This document shows positions 21,648-34,701 of a stretch of 60,372 nucleotides of DNA, piece after piece. Position numbers and translations under genes: made by a program. The notes below the pieces were generated by a model that was given only the letters and a program-made list of their open reading frames with translations, was not told the DNA's origin and did not search any database. This DNA comes from Chlamydiales bacterium. Lineage in GTDB: Bacteria; Chlamydiota; Chlamydiia; Chlamydiales; JAAZZY01. The stretch is from positions 1-60,372 of the forward strand of contig CBDBKM010000012.1 of NCBI GenBank assembly GCA_965206695.1. The letters are read 5' to 3'. Numbering within the stretch: the first letter of the stretch is position 1; each line of letters begins with the position of its first letter.

Positions 21648-23108
21648 TGTCTGAAAAAATCCTACTGGAAAATCTCAGTTTTACTCGGTTTTAAGCATAT
21701 TTAGTAGTAAAGCTTCATCAAAACTAGGGGTTCCTTCTCTTTTATTATTTCTTATTTTAGGGATGTTAGCCGGATCAGAAGGAATAGGTGGAATCTATTT
21801 TGATGATACCCGACTAGCTCAAATGCTGGGTGTTGTTGCTTTAGTTTATATTCTGTTTTCCGGTGGATTTAGTACAGATTGGAAAACAGTAACAACCCGA
21901 TTGTTTTCAAGGGACTCTCTCTATCTACTATTGGTATTCTCATTACAACATTTTTAGTGGGTATCTTTGGGTATTTTCTTTTGGATTTTACTTTAGCGGA
22001 ATGCTTCCTTTTAGGAGCTGTTGTCTCTTCTACAGATGCAGCTGCTGTTTTTAGCGTTTTAAGGTCCAAACAGTTGGGATTGAAAAGTAAACTCACTCCC
22101 TTGTTAGAAATGGAATCTGCCAGTAATGACCCTATGGCAGTATTCCTCACCATTGGACTTATTCATTTAATAGTGAATCAAGATCTTAGTATCTTGATGC
22201 TACTTTTAATGTTTGTTCAACAGATGTCTTTAGGTGTTTTCTTAGGATATATTCTAGGAAAGCTTCTCGTATTAGGAATCAATCATTTAAAGCTCGAATA
22301 TAAGGGGCTTATATCCTGTTTTAACACTATCATCTGTTTTATTAATCTATGGGGCTATTAATTATATTGGAGGAGGAAGCGGATTTTTAGCCGTATACGT
22401 TGCGGGGCTTGTTTTAGGAAATAACGATTTTTTACATAAAAAAAGCCTAAGACAATTTCATGCCGGTATTTCTTGGCTTATGCAAATTTCCATGTTTTTA
22501 ACTTTAGGATTACTGGTTTATCCTACTCATTTAATTTCTGTTGCTGCTTTAGGATTAGCCTTCTCAGTATTTCTTATGTTCGTTGCAAGACCGATTAGTG
22601 TCTTTATGAGTTTGGCTTTTTCTCGCATGAGTTTTAAAGAAATGACCTTCATTTCATGGGTGGGATTAAGAGGAGCCGCTCCCCATTATTTTAGCAACCT
22701 TTCCCCTAACAGCGAGTGTTCCCGGATCCGAACTTATATTCAATATCGTTTTCTTTTATCGTCATCACTTCAGTGCTTTTTCAGGGAACATCTCTTGGTA
22801 TCGTAGCTAAATGGTTAGGGCTACATACTAAATGTATAGACCCTTCTTTGTTGGATATTGAAGAAATGTGTCAAGAAGATCGAAATCAAAATATGGAAAT
22901 GGTTGAAATGGTTATCCCGCAGCATTCAAAAACAATAGGCAAACAAATCATTGACCTTGCCTTACCTAAAGATGTTTTAATCGTTTTAATTACTCGTAAT
23001 GAACAGTATATCGTACCATCCGGAGCGACTACCTTAGAATCTCAAGATAAAGTTCTTATGCTGGTCCATAAAGAATCGATTGCTCAGATCCATCCCATTT
23101 TCACTTAA
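21648..23108 (+). pseudogene. cvrA: K+/H+ antiporter (CvrA/NhaP2) with TrkA-C domain, multiply frameshifted
   Basis: [56 protein letters not shown] spread over four or more frames. Confidence 0.88.
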
Positions 23109-23351
23109 ACAATAAAAAAATGAATCGCTGATTCCTTATTACTATGAAAACTAAATACTGGATTTTCTATTTTGAATACGATAAATATGTTATAGTTTTG
23201 TTTATTTAAGGATTGTTTTTTGCAAACGGTTAAAATTCCGGCTCAAAATATGCTGACGTATATTTTCCTATTTATCAAGTTACGTGGGATAGTTCGATAA
23301 CTCGCTTATCAAAAGTTTTTTCAAAAGAGGATCTGCATTATTATTTTACTC

Positions 23352-23852
23352 TTGTATGAAAGAGCTCAAACAAAACCAAACAGCATATTAAAAGCTTTAA
23401 AAGTCTTTCACGGTAAACATCCCCTACCGGAAGTATATAATCTGTTAAGTTATGTTTATATTAGTCTTAAAAAAATCAAAAAAGCAGAAAAAATAATTGA
23501 AGAAAATTATAAGCAACATCCCGATAATTTATTTGCGAGAGTAAACTATGGTGATCAGTGTCTTCGAAGGAAGCAAGTGAACAAATTTACTGAAATATTT
23601 GAGAACAAATTTACATTACAAGAGCTCTATCCTAAGCAAAAAACTTTTCACTGTTCAGAAATTCTTGGTTTTATCGGGTTAATTGGTTTGTACTATTTTA
23701 CAATAAATAAAAAAAACTTAGCCGAAGCTTATTATTTTTATGGAAAGATTATCGATCCTAATGATAAAACAATTAAATTTTTAGAGAAAAAATTATATAA
23801 AAAGACATTTTTTCAAAAAACATGGGGTAGAATAACAGGATATAACAAATGA
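23352..23852 (+). CDS. Hypothetical TPR-like protein (start may lie upstream)
   Basis: Helical repeat pattern PEVYNLL...ENYKQHPDNLFARVNYGD. Confidence 0.6.
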   Translation: MYERAQTKPNSILKALKVFHGKHPLPEVYNLLSYVYISLKKIKKAEKIIEENYKQHPDNLFARVNYGDQCLRRKQVNKFTEIFENKFTLQELYPKQKTFHCSEILGFIGLIGLYYFTINKKNLAEAYYFYGKIIDPNDKTIKFLEKKLYKKTFFQKTWGRITGYNK

Positions 23853-24244
23853 AACATTTATATCGTTCTCGTTATGACAAAAAAAGTGCCGGTGTTTGTG
23901 GCGGCATAGGCCAATATATACGCCTAGATCCGACTATCATTCGTCTTATCGTGATTTTTCTATGCGTCTTAACCGCTTTTCTACCAATTGCATTAGCATA
24001 TATCATCGCCTGTCTACTGATTCCTTTAGAACCGCAAAACTCCCCCGCTATAGCTATTAAACGTTTATATCGCTCTCGTACCAATAAGAAAATTGCAGGC
24101 ATCTGCGGTGGATTAAGTGAATTATTAAATATCGATGCAACCATTTGCAGAATAGTAGCTGTTATTTTAGTTTTTGTAGGATTTTTACCTGTATTAAGCG
24201 CTTATGTTATAGGTTGGATTATTATTCCTGAAAGACCAAAATAA
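23849..24244 (+). CDS. pspC: PspC-domain protein (two PspC repeats)
   Basis: LYRSR..KK.AG.CGG occurs twice. Confidence 0.88.
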   Translation: MKHLYRSRYDKKSAGVCGGIGQYIRLDPTIIRLIVIFLCVLTAFLPIALAYIIACLLIPLEPQNSPAIAIKRLYRSRTNKKIAGICGGLSELLNIDATICRIVAVILVFVGFLPVLSAYVIGWIIIPERPK

Positions 24245-24324
24245 TTTTTTAAAAACACATGCTTGCCTTTTATCTTTCTTATATAGAAAATGCTTATCCT
24301 CAATTAATTCAATATTGTAAATAA

Positions 24325-26130
24325 ATGACGAACAATACTTCAAAAATACGAAATATCGCAATTATAGCTCATATCGATCACGGTAAAACCTCTATTTTAG
24401 ACTGCATGTTGAAATATGCGCAGATTTTTAGAGAAAATGAAGCGATCCCTGAAAGAATAATGGATTCCTACGATCAAGAAAAAGAGCGTGGAATCACTAT
24501 ATTTTCAAAACATACCTCTTTAAGATATAAAAATTATAAGATTAATATCATTGATACACCGGGACACGCTGACTTCTCCGGGGAGGTCGAGAGAGTCTTA
24601 GGGATGGTAGATTCTGTTCTTCTCTTAGTCGATGCGCAGGAAGGCCCGATGCCTCAAACTCGTTTTGTTTTAAAAAAAGCGCTTGAGCATAAGCTTAAAC
24701 CAATACTGGTAATCAATAAAATCGATCGCGAACATGCGGATCCTGACAGAGTTTTAAATGAAGTCTTTGACCTTTTTGTTGAATTAGATGCTAATGATGA
24801 ACAATTAGATTTTACTTATTGCTATGCTTCAGCACTAGCCGGTTATGCAATGAGGCATATCGATGACGAGCGAAAAGATATAGATCCCTTATTCGATTTA
24901 ATCATCGAAAAAGTCCCTCTTCCATCCGGCGATCCCAAAGCTCCTTTCTTAATGCAATGTGTCACCATTTCTTACGATAAGTATTTAGGTCGTCAAGCTA
25001 CGGGACAAATTCTACAAGGTAAGGTTCGTCGAAATGATGACATCATCCATATTGATAGAAACGGTAATGAAAAAAGAGCTAAAGTCAATCGTATCCAAGG
25101 CTATTTAGGTATTCAAAAAGTAGAACAAGATGAAGCTTTCTGTGGAGATATCGTAAGTATAGCCGGTATACCGGATATTATTATTGGTGACACCCTATGT
25201 AGCCCACAAAAGATTGTACATCTTCCACCTATTGAATTAGAAGAGCCGACTCTTTCCATCGATGTGATGGTAAACAACTCCCCTCTTGCCGGTAAAGACG
25301 GAAAGAATCTTACCATGAATAAGATTCGTGACCGATTGCAACTGGAAAAACGTAGTAATATTTCCCTTGTCATCGAAGACAAAGGAGAATTTATCACTGT
25401 CTCCGGAAGAGGAGAACTTCATTTAGCAGTGATGTTAGAAGCTCTTCGAAGAGAAGATTATGAGTTAAGTATTTCAAAGCCAAAAGTCATTTTAAAAACA
25501 ATTGATTCTGTTGTATGTGAACCTATTGAACGGGTCTACATTGAGGTTCCGGAAGAATACTCCGGTACCGTCATTGAAGAGCTATCAAAAAGAAAAGGCG
25601 AGATGCAGAAGCTTTCGACAAATGAGCATGGCATCTTTCATATGGATTTTCTGATCCCAACTAGGGGTTTAATGGGTTGGCGATCAGAATTTTTAACCAA
25701 GACTCGTGGTCAGGGGATATTAACTAGTGTTTTTGATGCTTTTTCCCCTATGAAAGGAGAAATCAGCAACAGGAATAGAGGAGTCTTAGTTTCCATTGCT
25801 AATGGAAACTCTACCCCCTATGCTATTTTCAACTTACAAAGTAGAGGCTTTTTCTTTATCAGTTCTAATGAAGAAGTGTACGAAGGGATGATTGTTGGAG
25901 AGCATAGTAGAACAAATGATCTTGGTGTAAATATTGTCAAAGGTAAACAGTTAACCAACGTTCGCTCTACCGGAACGGATGAGATGATTCAACTAACGCC
26001 TCCCGGAAGACTGACATTAGAACAAGCTATCGATTATATCGAAGATGATGAGTTAGTAGAGATAACTCCGAATCATATTAGATTGAGAAAACGTCATTTG
26101 AAAGAGTCGGATAGAAAGCGGAATCGTTAA
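24325..26130 (+). CDS. typA: Translational GTPase TypA/BipA
   Basis: [30 protein letters not shown], TypA C-terminus. Confidence 0.97.
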   Translation: MTNNTSKIRNIAIIAHIDHGKTSILDCMLKYAQIFRENEAIPERIMDSYDQEKERGITIFSKHTSLRYKNYKINIIDTPGHADFSGEVERVLGMVDSVLLLVDAQEGPMPQTRFVLKKALEHKLKPILVINKIDREHADPDRVLNEVFDLFVELDANDEQLDFTYCYASALAGYAMRHIDDERKDIDPLFDLIIEKVPLPSGDPKAPFLMQCVTISYDKYLGRQATGQILQGKVRRNDDIIHIDRNGNEKRAKVNRIQGYLGIQKVEQDEAFCGDIVSIAGIPDIIIGDTLCSPQKIVHLPPIELEEPTLSIDVMVNNSPLAGKDGKNLTMNKIRDRLQLEKRSNISLVIEDKGEFITVSGRGELHLAVMLEALRREDYELSISKPKVILKTIDSVVCEPIERVYIEVPEEYSGTVIEELSKRKGEMQKLSTNEHGIFHMDFLIPTRGLMGWRSEFLTKTRGQGILTSVFDAFSPMKGEISNRNRGVLVSIANGNSTPYAIFNLQSRGFFFISSNEEVYEGMIVGEHSRTNDLGVNIVKGKQLTNVRSTGTDEMIQLTPPGRLTLEQAIDYIEDDELVEITPNHIRLRKRHLKESDRKRNR

Positions 26131-26247
26131 CCTTTTGATATTACTCTCCTATTCATAGCAATTGCCTCAACGGCTAAAACCGGTTACGTGCTATGATTAC
26201 GGACAGGTTCATCTTAGCTTGGATTTGGATCAAATATATTGTTATAT

Positions 26248-28025
26248 CCGACATTCCTAGACCTCTAAACAAGTTTTTCTAATTAAGCCATACATCCTCA
26301 TTGCAGTCTTTCCAAACAAAACAATAATCTTTTTCCGAAGACGGGTTTAAATTTGTGATCATTTCTTTACAAATTCTCCGGGAAGTCTTCTGAAAAAAAC
26401 GGATTATTCCGATACCTTCCATAATTTGGAAAATCCATCTTAATGTTTGGATTTTTGACTTCCTTTCCTAATTGGTTGGGTAATGTCTCTTCTGTTTCTA
26501 TCAATTTTTGTCCGAAGTTGATATTGTCCGATATTATAAACCATTAAACACAATGTCATAACCATCATTAATGCTTCAATGCGTCGAGGGGTTTTTAAAA
26601 AAATAGAATCAACCATAACCAAGGGATCTTTTAAAAAGCGAAACCCTCCTTCAACCTTTTGCTGTTCTTTATATTCTTCTAACATCATCTCATCTTTATA
26701 ATTTTCTCTATCGGTGTCATTCGCAGCTAAATAAACCGTCCTTTTCTATTCATCAGTTTATTAATTTCTTCTTCTTCCCTTTCAAAGCTAGCATGATCTT
26801 GTATCCAACAACTTGTTTTTCCTCTCTCCTTGTTTAGGTTTGCCTAATTTACCATATTTTAGAAATCGGGCAATATCTCACTATTCATGGAATATAAATG
26901 ATTTTTTTTAGTCAATCTGCCCAAGCTTTTTTAGCATCACTTTCGCATTTAAAATTCCTCTTTACCCAAATTGCAAAGTGTTTCTTGAGCTTTTCTTCTG
27001 CTTGGTCAATTTTTTTCTAATGATTTTATCTCTCTCTCTGATAGGCTTGGCTCTGAAAAAACCAAAAGCCATCTTTGTTTAATCCCTCCATAAAAAGAGG
27101 TGAAGCTGCATGTTTTATATCCTTTCTCCTGATCAATCCAATCAATTTCTTCTTCCGGTTTTTCTACTAATCTTTTGCTTCTCCTATTATCTCGGGAACT
27201 CGGGTGAGCCATTTATAATCATTATTTTTTAAGAGCTTTCTTTTGTGTATAACGCTGAATCGGCAACCCACTTAAACTTTGTTTTTACATCAATCTGTTG
27301 TTGAAATTCACTGATTTTTTGATCGTCTCATTGAAAACTTGCTTTATCAGAACTATTGCCGTCTAAGGCTTCCATCCATAGAGGCATAGAAACTCGGACC
27401 ATTGGTAAACGAGAGAAAGTACAACTTGTTTCAAAATCAGGTCTATGATCTTTAGAATAACCCTGCTTAATCTCAATCACTTGCGGATCATCTTTCACTT
27501 CATACGACCCATGAACGGAAAAGCTTGTTGTATCTAGATGATGCGTTTTTTGTAGTAAATCATGTCTAGGGCTATTCCAAAAGAAAACTTCAGAAATAAT
27601 TTACTGCTCCCATATTTCGCAATATCATCCAAAGCATGACCTAAAGTATAATCTGTGAGATCTTCTGCTCGAAGATTGTTGCCAAGTAAATTCTCTATCG
27701 ATTTAGAAGCAAAAAATTGATGTGTTAGGTAGAGACGTCCTATTAGTAAACCCTAATCCATTCAGAATCATTGCAATTACTGCCTGTCCCGCACTTACTT
27801 TTCTTTGTGGATGATTTTTTAATCCGGTATCAATCCTTTCCGCCTACCTTTAGATCGCTGCAAAGTGCTGCAATTAATCCCATGGTGATCCATGTTCACT
27901 GTTTGAATATTATCTCCTGCAACTTCCGGCATAACTTTTCTCCTTGTATCAAATAAAAAAGTAACAGGATAGGCAATCTATAATTCTAATTCAAAAAAAA
28001 ATATCTTACGGTCTAGGAATGTCGG
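26248..28025 (-). mobile_element. IS1634-family element, heavily frameshifted copy
   Basis: 16-bp IR CCGACATTCCTAGACC; 6-bp TSD TTATAT; matches 52456..54223 apart from many 1-bp indels. Confidence 0.92.
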
Positions 28026-28030
28026 TTATA

Positions 28031-28960
28031 TAGTGTTTTTAAATTTTATTTTTGCATAAGCATCCATTAGTTAGTTAGAAAAGAAAAATCAATTGCTTGG
28101 GCTAAATTTGTGAATCGTTCCCTATTTTTTTGAACCTGTTTTTTAAAATTAGCCCAAAAAATTTCTATTGGGTTTAAATCGGGTGAATAGGGAGGAAGAA
28201 ATAGAATGTGACAACCTGCTTGTTCTATAAGTTGTTGCGAATATTTAGATTTATGAAAAGTTGCATTATTCATAATAACAACTTGACCGGGTTTAAGTTC
28301 CGGGAATAAGAAAAATCTTTTAACCATAGATTAAATAACTTAGTATCACATGTTCCCGTATAGCAAAAAGGAGCTAAGATTCGGAATTGATTCTTTGCTG
28401 CGATAAAACTTTCCACGTGCATATCGCATTCCCGAAACCGCTCCATATACTTGATTCCCTGCCTGACATCGAACATGTTCCCTTCTTAAATATTTATTAA
28501 TCCCGCTCTCATCCACATAAAAACGATTTTTCATGGGAATATTTTTTAGTGTTTCTTGAAACTCTTGTCATTTTTTTTTCATCTCTTTCTTTGTAGAACG
28601 GGATCTTTTTTTTAAGGTTAGTTTCAAGCGTTTACAGGCATAAAAAACAGCCGGTATCGTAACACCCGATTCTTGAGCAATTTCTTTAAGATAGGCATCC
28701 GGATATTTTTGAAGATATTGCTTAAGTTTATTACTATCAATTTTACTTGGGCTAGGACGCCTTTTGTTAGGTGCTAAGATCTGCTGTCTTTCTCGAGAAA
28801 TCCAATTCGATAAAGTGCGGGTTGTAACTGAAAAAATGACACTTGCCTCTTTTCGTGTTCCCACATTTTTAATATATTTTAAAGCTTGTTTTCTTAAATC
28901 AAGTGAATATGTCATCCGGATATTTTACATGAATAAAATGAAAAATAAAATTTAATTCTT
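28031..28960 (-). mobile_element. IS630-family element 'C', frameshifted
   Basis: orfA MTYSLDLRK (28568..28915); orfB fragments YVDESG and LPPYSPDLNPIE. Confidence 0.85.
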
Positions 28961-29151
28961 TTTAAATTTGTATCACAACCTTTATTAGTTAATTAATAAA
29001 GTTCACAACATGATCATATAAATATTTATAAGAACTGTCAGTTAGTTTTTTATTTTTTTTAATTCATTAAAATTTAAGTGATTAAAATCAAGTGACTTAT
29101 GAAGTCAATGCGATTTGCATTTTTATATCCACCGGAATTTCAACCACTTAG

Positions 29152-29814
29152 CTAATATTTATCTTTATTAGCCGCGTCATCTTTACCGGACTCTTCCTTA
29201 TTATCTTTTTCCGAAGAGGGCTTTCTCGAAGAAGCTTTATCTTGTTGGGCCGGCATGCCGGCCGTAGCAGAAAAGCGTAAGCCTTGCTCAACACTCATAT
29301 CTATGGTCTCAACCTGATCTTTAAGAACCATGATGGTAACACCACCAATTTGGTAGCTCATAGGGATGAATATGGCCATATAATCTTCCGATGCAATCCC
29401 TTCAGGCAAATCTTTAAAGGTTTTTCGACTAACTAAGCCTAAAATTCTAATCCCGTTAAACTTAACAACGACAACACTTCCTTGTTTCATTCGGCCTTCA
29501 CCTTTGAAAAAACTCATGAGATCAGTAATCGAACGGTATAGAGTCTTGATTAAGGGCATGCGATGTAATAGCTTTTCAAAACGATGATAAAGCCACTGCA
29601 CAATCCAGTTATTGATCAAAATTCCAACAACGAAGATAAGAACCAGGACGACAATAATACCAAGGCCTTTGAAATAATAGGTAGGCCCAATAAGATCTTT
29701 AATTAATTCACTGAATGCTCCTTCTATAAGGTTATATAACCAAATGATAACAGCTACCGTAATAGATATTGGAGCAATAGCAATAAGACCTCTAGCAAAA
29801 ATTCTTTTGATCAT
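29152..29814 (-). CDS. DUF502-family membrane protein
   Basis: RGLIAIAPISIT...RMPLIKTLY...IPMSYQIGG...MSVEQGL. Confidence 0.82.
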   Translation of the reverse strand: MIKRIFARGLIAIAPISITVAVIIWLYNLIEGAFSELIKDLIGPTYYFKGLGIIVVLVLIFVVGILINNWIVQWLYHRFEKLLHRMPLIKTLYRSITDLMSFFKGEGRMKQGSVVVVKFNGIRILGLVSRKTFKDLPEGIASEDYMAIFIPMSYQIGGVTIMVLKDQVETIDMSVEQGLRFSATAGMPAQQDKASSRKPSSEKDNKEESGKDDAANKDKY

Positions 29815-30084
29815 AATCCGGCTCGTCCTTCTTAATCAATTATGATGTTAGATAGCGTATCATTTTGAAATGATCGTGAAATAACTAACCTAACACCCAA
29901 TCTTTCTTATATAGAACAAGAAAAGAAGTTGTCAAACTATGAAAGTGAATTTAGATATATTAATTGCTTAGGCCTTGAGAAGAGTGTCTACTAATTTTTC
30001 AGCCCTATGCTCATAAGATAAAAGTCTTAAGGAATATATATAGTAAATTAAATTTTGTTTCTCATTATGATAATGTATCATGCA

Positions 30085-30310
30085 CGAATGACTTAGTCAC
30101 TTGATAAAAAAAACCTCAAATATCTCGATAAGGTTGGATAGCGAAATAAAGTTGCAGAAGCTTTCGGAATCACATTACGTACATTAGCGCACCGGATGCA
30201 CAGAAAGCGGCAAAATTGCTTAGCTCCCAAACCAAGAAGGAACTCTCCAAGCTATTTCCTGTGTCTGTAAAAGGCTCAACATTTCTTTAAAAAAAAGACG
30301 TCGTACTAAA
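30085..30310 (+). pseudogene. Decayed IS630 orfA remnant
   Basis: AEAFGITLRTLAH...LAPKPRR...KRLNISLKK resembles 28568..28915. Confidence 0.5.
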
Positions 30311-30392
30311 AACCTCTGCATAACTGATTCCTCTATAAGGATTTTTAAAAAATGCATTGATTGTCTATACTTTTTTTTCATTTATTTTACTA

Positions 30393-31328
30393 TAGTCATT
30401 TAATTTTACATTGATAAGATTGCTTGATCAATGGCGAATTTAAAATTCGTAACTTTTCGTAATATCTCTCTAACTTTATTTTTCATATTAGCCCAATATT
30501 TTTCTATAGGATTTAAGTCCGGAGAATATGGAGGAAGAAACATAAGCTTACAACCGGCAGATTCTACTATTTTCCTGCTTTCCGCTGACTTGTGAAAACC
30601 GGCATTGTCAAGAATAAGAACACTACCGGGTTTAAGCTGAGGAGTCAAAACTTCCTTAAGCCAAATATTGAATAACCCGGTATTACAAGTACCTTCAAAA
30701 CACATTGGAGATAAAAACTGCCCTTTAGATAGGGCTGAAATAATATTTTGCCTTATAAAGCGGTTTCCTGAAACCGCTCCAAAAACTTTTTTGCCGCGTA
30801 AGCTTCTTCCGGACTCACGAAATAAAAATTGATGAATCCCGGTTTCATCGAGATAAATTCTCTTGTCAAAGGGAATATTTTTTAAATCTTTCATAAAAGC
30901 TTCCCGTTTCTTTTCATCTCTTTCCTTATAGCGAGTAGTTTTTTTTTTCGTGTAATTTTTAATCTTTTAAGGGCATAAAAAATCGTTTGCGGAGTGACTG
31001 AAAAATAATCAGCAATTTCCGATAAAAAATAATCCGGATGTTTTTCTACATATTTAGATAACAACTCATCATCTAATTTCTTATAAGCATATTTTCTGCG
31101 GATTGGCTTTAAATGTCCTTTTTGCTTTTTTTGCAAGATCCATCGATATATTGTTGCGATACCTACTTGAAAAATATGGCCGGCTGTTTTTTTTATCATG
31201 ATGTTTTTCTATATGTTGTCATACTTTCTCTCGAAGATCTACTGAATAGGCTCTAGGCATTGTTTTGTCCTTACTGTTTGTATAAAAAAAGAAGGATAAC
31301 ATATTATCAAATAAAAATTAAAATACTA
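30393..31328 (-). mobile_element. IS630 'A', copy 5 (orfA disrupted)
   Basis: Near-identical copy with a nonsense codon and one extra base in orfA; TA flanks. Confidence 0.95.
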
Positions 31329-31476
31329 TAAGTGTTATAATAAGCAGTTTTTTTATTATGGATGTAAAGCATCGCATAGGCGCCAAGAATCGTTATCAGA
31401 TCTCCCTCTTGAAATTTATCACTAAAAAAGTGTATCATCTTTATAACATTTTATTTCACCATCGTAAGATCACATT

Positions 31477-32223
31477 ATGATATCTCAGTCAATTATTGCT
31501 ATTATCCCGGCTCGTTATGCAAGTAGTCGTTTTCCCGGAAAAGTGTTAGCTCAAATTAGAGGGAAGACACTCATACAGCATACTTATGAAAACGCTAAAA
31601 AATGTCCTCAATTACAGAAGTTAATTATCGCTACAGATGATAAGAGAGTTTACGACCATGTGACAGGTTTTGGCGCTACTTGTATCATGACTTCGCCTGA
31701 ATGTGCTGATGGCACCGTTCGGATCGCAGAGGTCTTAAGAGATCATTCTGAGCTCCAAGAAACTGATCTTATCGTAAACATTCAAGGCGATGAACCCTGC
31801 CTCAATCCCAATGCCATTACTCAGGTAGCGAAACTTCTTAAAGATGAACCGGATGCCGTTATGTCCACAGCTGTTGTTCCTCTGGCTAACCGAGATGATG
31901 CATTAGATCCTTCCGTTGTCAAATGTGTATTTGATCAGAATTACTTCGCTCTTTATTTTAGCCGTTCCCCTATTCCTGCTTTAACTCATTCTCAAGAATC
32001 CATATTTGGTTTTCAACATGTCGGATTATATTGCTATAAACCGGAGTTTCTTCTGCAATATCCTACTTTACCGGAAACACCTCTACAAAAGAGAGAACGC
32101 TTAGAGCAGCTTAAGGTTTTAGAACATGGCTACCGAATTAAAGTCGTCATCATTCAAGATAGATCTGTTGGTGTCGATACCCCGGATGATATAGACAAGG
32201 TAGAAAAAATTTTATGTCAGTAA
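31477..32223 (+). CDS. kdsB: 3-deoxy-manno-octulosonate cytidylyltransferase
   Basis: IIPARYASSRFPGK, VNIQGDEP, ERLEQLKVLEHG, GVDTPDD. Confidence 0.97.
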   Translation: MISQSIIAIIPARYASSRFPGKVLAQIRGKTLIQHTYENAKKCPQLQKLIIATDDKRVYDHVTGFGATCIMTSPECADGTVRIAEVLRDHSELQETDLIVNIQGDEPCLNPNAITQVAKLLKDEPDAVMSTAVVPLANRDDALDPSVVKCVFDQNYFALYFSRSPIPALTHSQESIFGFQHVGLYCYKPEFLLQYPTLPETPLQKRERLEQLKVLEHGYRIKVVIIQDRSVGVDTPDDIDKVEKILCQ

Positions 32224-33848
32224 AGTACATTTTTATTACAGGTGGTGTTGCTTCTTCTTTAGGGAAAGGTTTGACAGCAGCCTCGATTGCTCTTCTCTTA
32301 GAAAAGCAAAACATCAAACTCGCCATGTTAAAATTAGATCCCTATCTAAATGTTGATCCGGGCACAATGAGTCCTTTTCAACATGGAGAAGTGTATGTGA
32401 CAGATGATGGTGCTGAGACTGACTTGGATCTGGGTCACTATTATCGATATACCGATTCTCCTCTTTCCAAAGCTTCGAATGCCACTTCCGGACAAATCTA
32501 TGATACGGTTATTAAGCGAGAGCGAAAAGGTGAATACTTGGGCAAAACCGTACAAGTTATCCCTCATGTAACGGATGAAATAAAACAAAGAATATTAGCC
32601 TGCGGCCAACAAGATAAGGAAATCAAACTTGTCATTATAGAAATTGGCGGCACAGTAGGCGATATTGAATCGCTCCCTTTTCTAGAAGCTATTAGACAAT
32701 TTCGTTACGACCATCCCGGTGATGTCATCAATATTCATTTGACTTATGTCCCTTATCTTAAAGCTGCCGGAGAGTTAAAAACAAAACCCACTCAGCATTC
32801 TATCCAGCTCCTTAGAGGGATTGGTATTACTCCGGATATTATGTTATGTAGAAGTGAATATCACTTATCTAATGAGATAAAGGATAAAATCAGTCTGTTT
32901 TGTAATGTCCCTAGAGATGCTGTTTTAGATGAATTGGATGTAAAAAATAGTATCTACGAAGTCCCTATAAACCTTTATGAACAAAAACTTGATAAGCTTA
33001 TTTGTCAATTGCTCCGTCTACCAAGTAGAGAAATTAATCTTGATGAATGGCATCACATAGTCGATGTGGTTAAAAGCCCAACCGGTAGGATAACAGTGGG
33101 AATCATTGGAAAGTATGTCCAACATCAAGATGCTTATAAATCCGTATATGAAGCTTTAGAGCATGCCGCTATATCTTTAGGATATAGCATCAAAATTAAA
33201 CGTTTTGAATCGGATAAAATTATAAAGGACGGCTCTGTAGAAGACACGATAGAAGGATGTGATGGTTACCTGGTCCCCGGTGGTTTTGGCGAAAGAGGTT
33301 GGATGGGGAAAATGATGAGCGCACAATACTGTAGAGAAAATACAATTCCTTTCTTTGGTATTTGCTTAGGCGTTCAAGTTATGACCGTTGAATTTGCTCG
33401 TAACGTTTTAGGTTTAAAAGATGCTAACTCAACAGAAGTCGATCCCGATACCAAACACCCTATTATTGCTCTTTTATCCGAACAACATGAAGTGCAGGAC
33501 TTAGGTGGAACTATGAGACTAGGAGCTTTTCCATGCATCCTAAAGAAAGGCACTAAAGTACATAAAGCTTATGGAGTCGATAAAATTAGTGAGCGTCATC
33601 GTCACAGATTTGAAGTAAATAACGACTATAAAGAAGATTTAGAAAAAAATGGATTGATATTCTCAGGAATTTTAGAAGCGGGGCAATTATGTGAAATTGC
33701 TGAGATCAAAGACCATCCTTGGATGGTTGGTGTGCAATTTCATCCTGAATTTCAATCTAAACCAACTTGTCCTCATCCCCTATTTAAAGATTTTGTTGCA
33801 GCTATGATTGCTAACCATAAAAAAACTAAGGACAAAAATGACAAATAA
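32214..33848 (+). CDS. pyrG: CTP synthase
   Basis: TGGVASSLGKG, DPYLNVDPGTMSP, GICLG, QFHPEF. Confidence 0.98.
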   Translation: MSVKYIFITGGVASSLGKGLTAASIALLLEKQNIKLAMLKLDPYLNVDPGTMSPFQHGEVYVTDDGAETDLDLGHYYRYTDSPLSKASNATSGQIYDTVIKRERKGEYLGKTVQVIPHVTDEIKQRILACGQQDKEIKLVIIEIGGTVGDIESLPFLEAIRQFRYDHPGDVINIHLTYVPYLKAAGELKTKPTQHSIQLLRGIGITPDIMLCRSEYHLSNEIKDKISLFCNVPRDAVLDELDVKNSIYEVPINLYEQKLDKLICQLLRLPSREINLDEWHHIVDVVKSPTGRITVGIIGKYVQHQDAYKSVYEALEHAAISLGYSIKIKRFESDKIIKDGSVEDTIEGCDGYLVPGGFGERGWMGKMMSAQYCRENTIPFFGICLGVQVMTVEFARNVLGLKDANSTEVDPDTKHPIIALLSEQHEVQDLGGTMRLGAFPCILKKGTKVHKAYGVDKISERHRHRFEVNNDYKEDLEKNGLIFSGILEAGQLCEIAEIKDHPWMVGVQFHPEFQSKPTCPHPLFKDFVAAMIANHKKTKDKNDK

Positions 33849-34290
33849 TTCAACGAAACGAATCGCTGCTATTGATTATGGTCTTGCAAGAGTTGGAATA
33901 GCTATGTCCGATGTCAGACATATCCTTGCTAGCCCTGTGACAACTATTCAAGTAAAAAAGGAAAAAACCGGCATCATCGAAGCTATCAAAAAAGCTATTA
34001 GCCAATACGATATTGAAGAAATCGTAGTTGGCCTACCTTTATCCTTGAGTGGCAAAGATAGTGAACAAACAAAGATAACAAAAGACTTCATAGAAGCTTT
34101 TAAAAAGCAAACCGATATCCCTATAAAAACTTGGGATGAACGCTTAACTTCGTTGCAAGTTCAAAATGAGATGAAACATCACAATGTTCAAAGAAAAAAA
34201 CGAGCTAAAGTGCTGGACGTTTTAGCAGCTGTTATTATTCTACAAAGTTATTTAGATAGTAAAACCGGGGTGGCCGAGACCCGGCAATAA
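33838..34290 (+). CDS. ruvX: Holliday junction resolvase-like RuvX/YqgF
   Basis: AIDYGLARVGIAMSD, VVGLP, WDERLTS, AAVIILQSYLD. Confidence 0.95.
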   Translation: MTNNSTKRIAAIDYGLARVGIAMSDVRHILASPVTTIQVKKEKTGIIEAIKKAISQYDIEEIVVGLPLSLSGKDSEQTKITKDFIEAFKKQTDIPIKTWDERLTSLQVQNEMKHHNVQRKKRAKVLDVLAAVIILQSYLDSKTGVAETRQ

Positions 34291-34480
34291 GCAGGTAGAG
34301 ACTCTATCAATATATTTTGGAATACTTTTTAAAACAGTTTCAACCCCTTTGCCATAACAGCCGCTTTATCTACATAACTTTTATTGTGCAACAAGTCTAA
34401 TTAAGAAAACGAAAGATTAAAAGACATTTCGACAAAACCTAAAGAAGTTCTATATTTTGAACTATTTCAGGAGTAAAGCT

Positions 34481-34701
34481 ATGATGAAGTATAAAAATTA
34501 TATGGCACATGTAAAATATGATGATGAAGCTAAAATATTTCATAGAGAAGTTATTGGCTTAAAAGATATTATTACTTTTCAAGATCGTAGTGTTGATGAA
34601 CTAGAAGTTGCCTTTAAAGATTCGGTAAAGGATTACCTTGATTTTTGTAAAAAATGAGGGGAGAAGCAAAAAAAACCGTATTCGGGTAAATTTAACATTA
34701 G
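34481..34701 (+). pseudogene. hicB: HicB-family antitoxin pseudogene
   Basis: MMKYKNY...YDDEAKIFH.EVIGLKDIITFQ...FKDSVKDYLDFCKK*GEKQKKPYSGKFNIR, then cut by a MITE. Confidence 0.8.
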
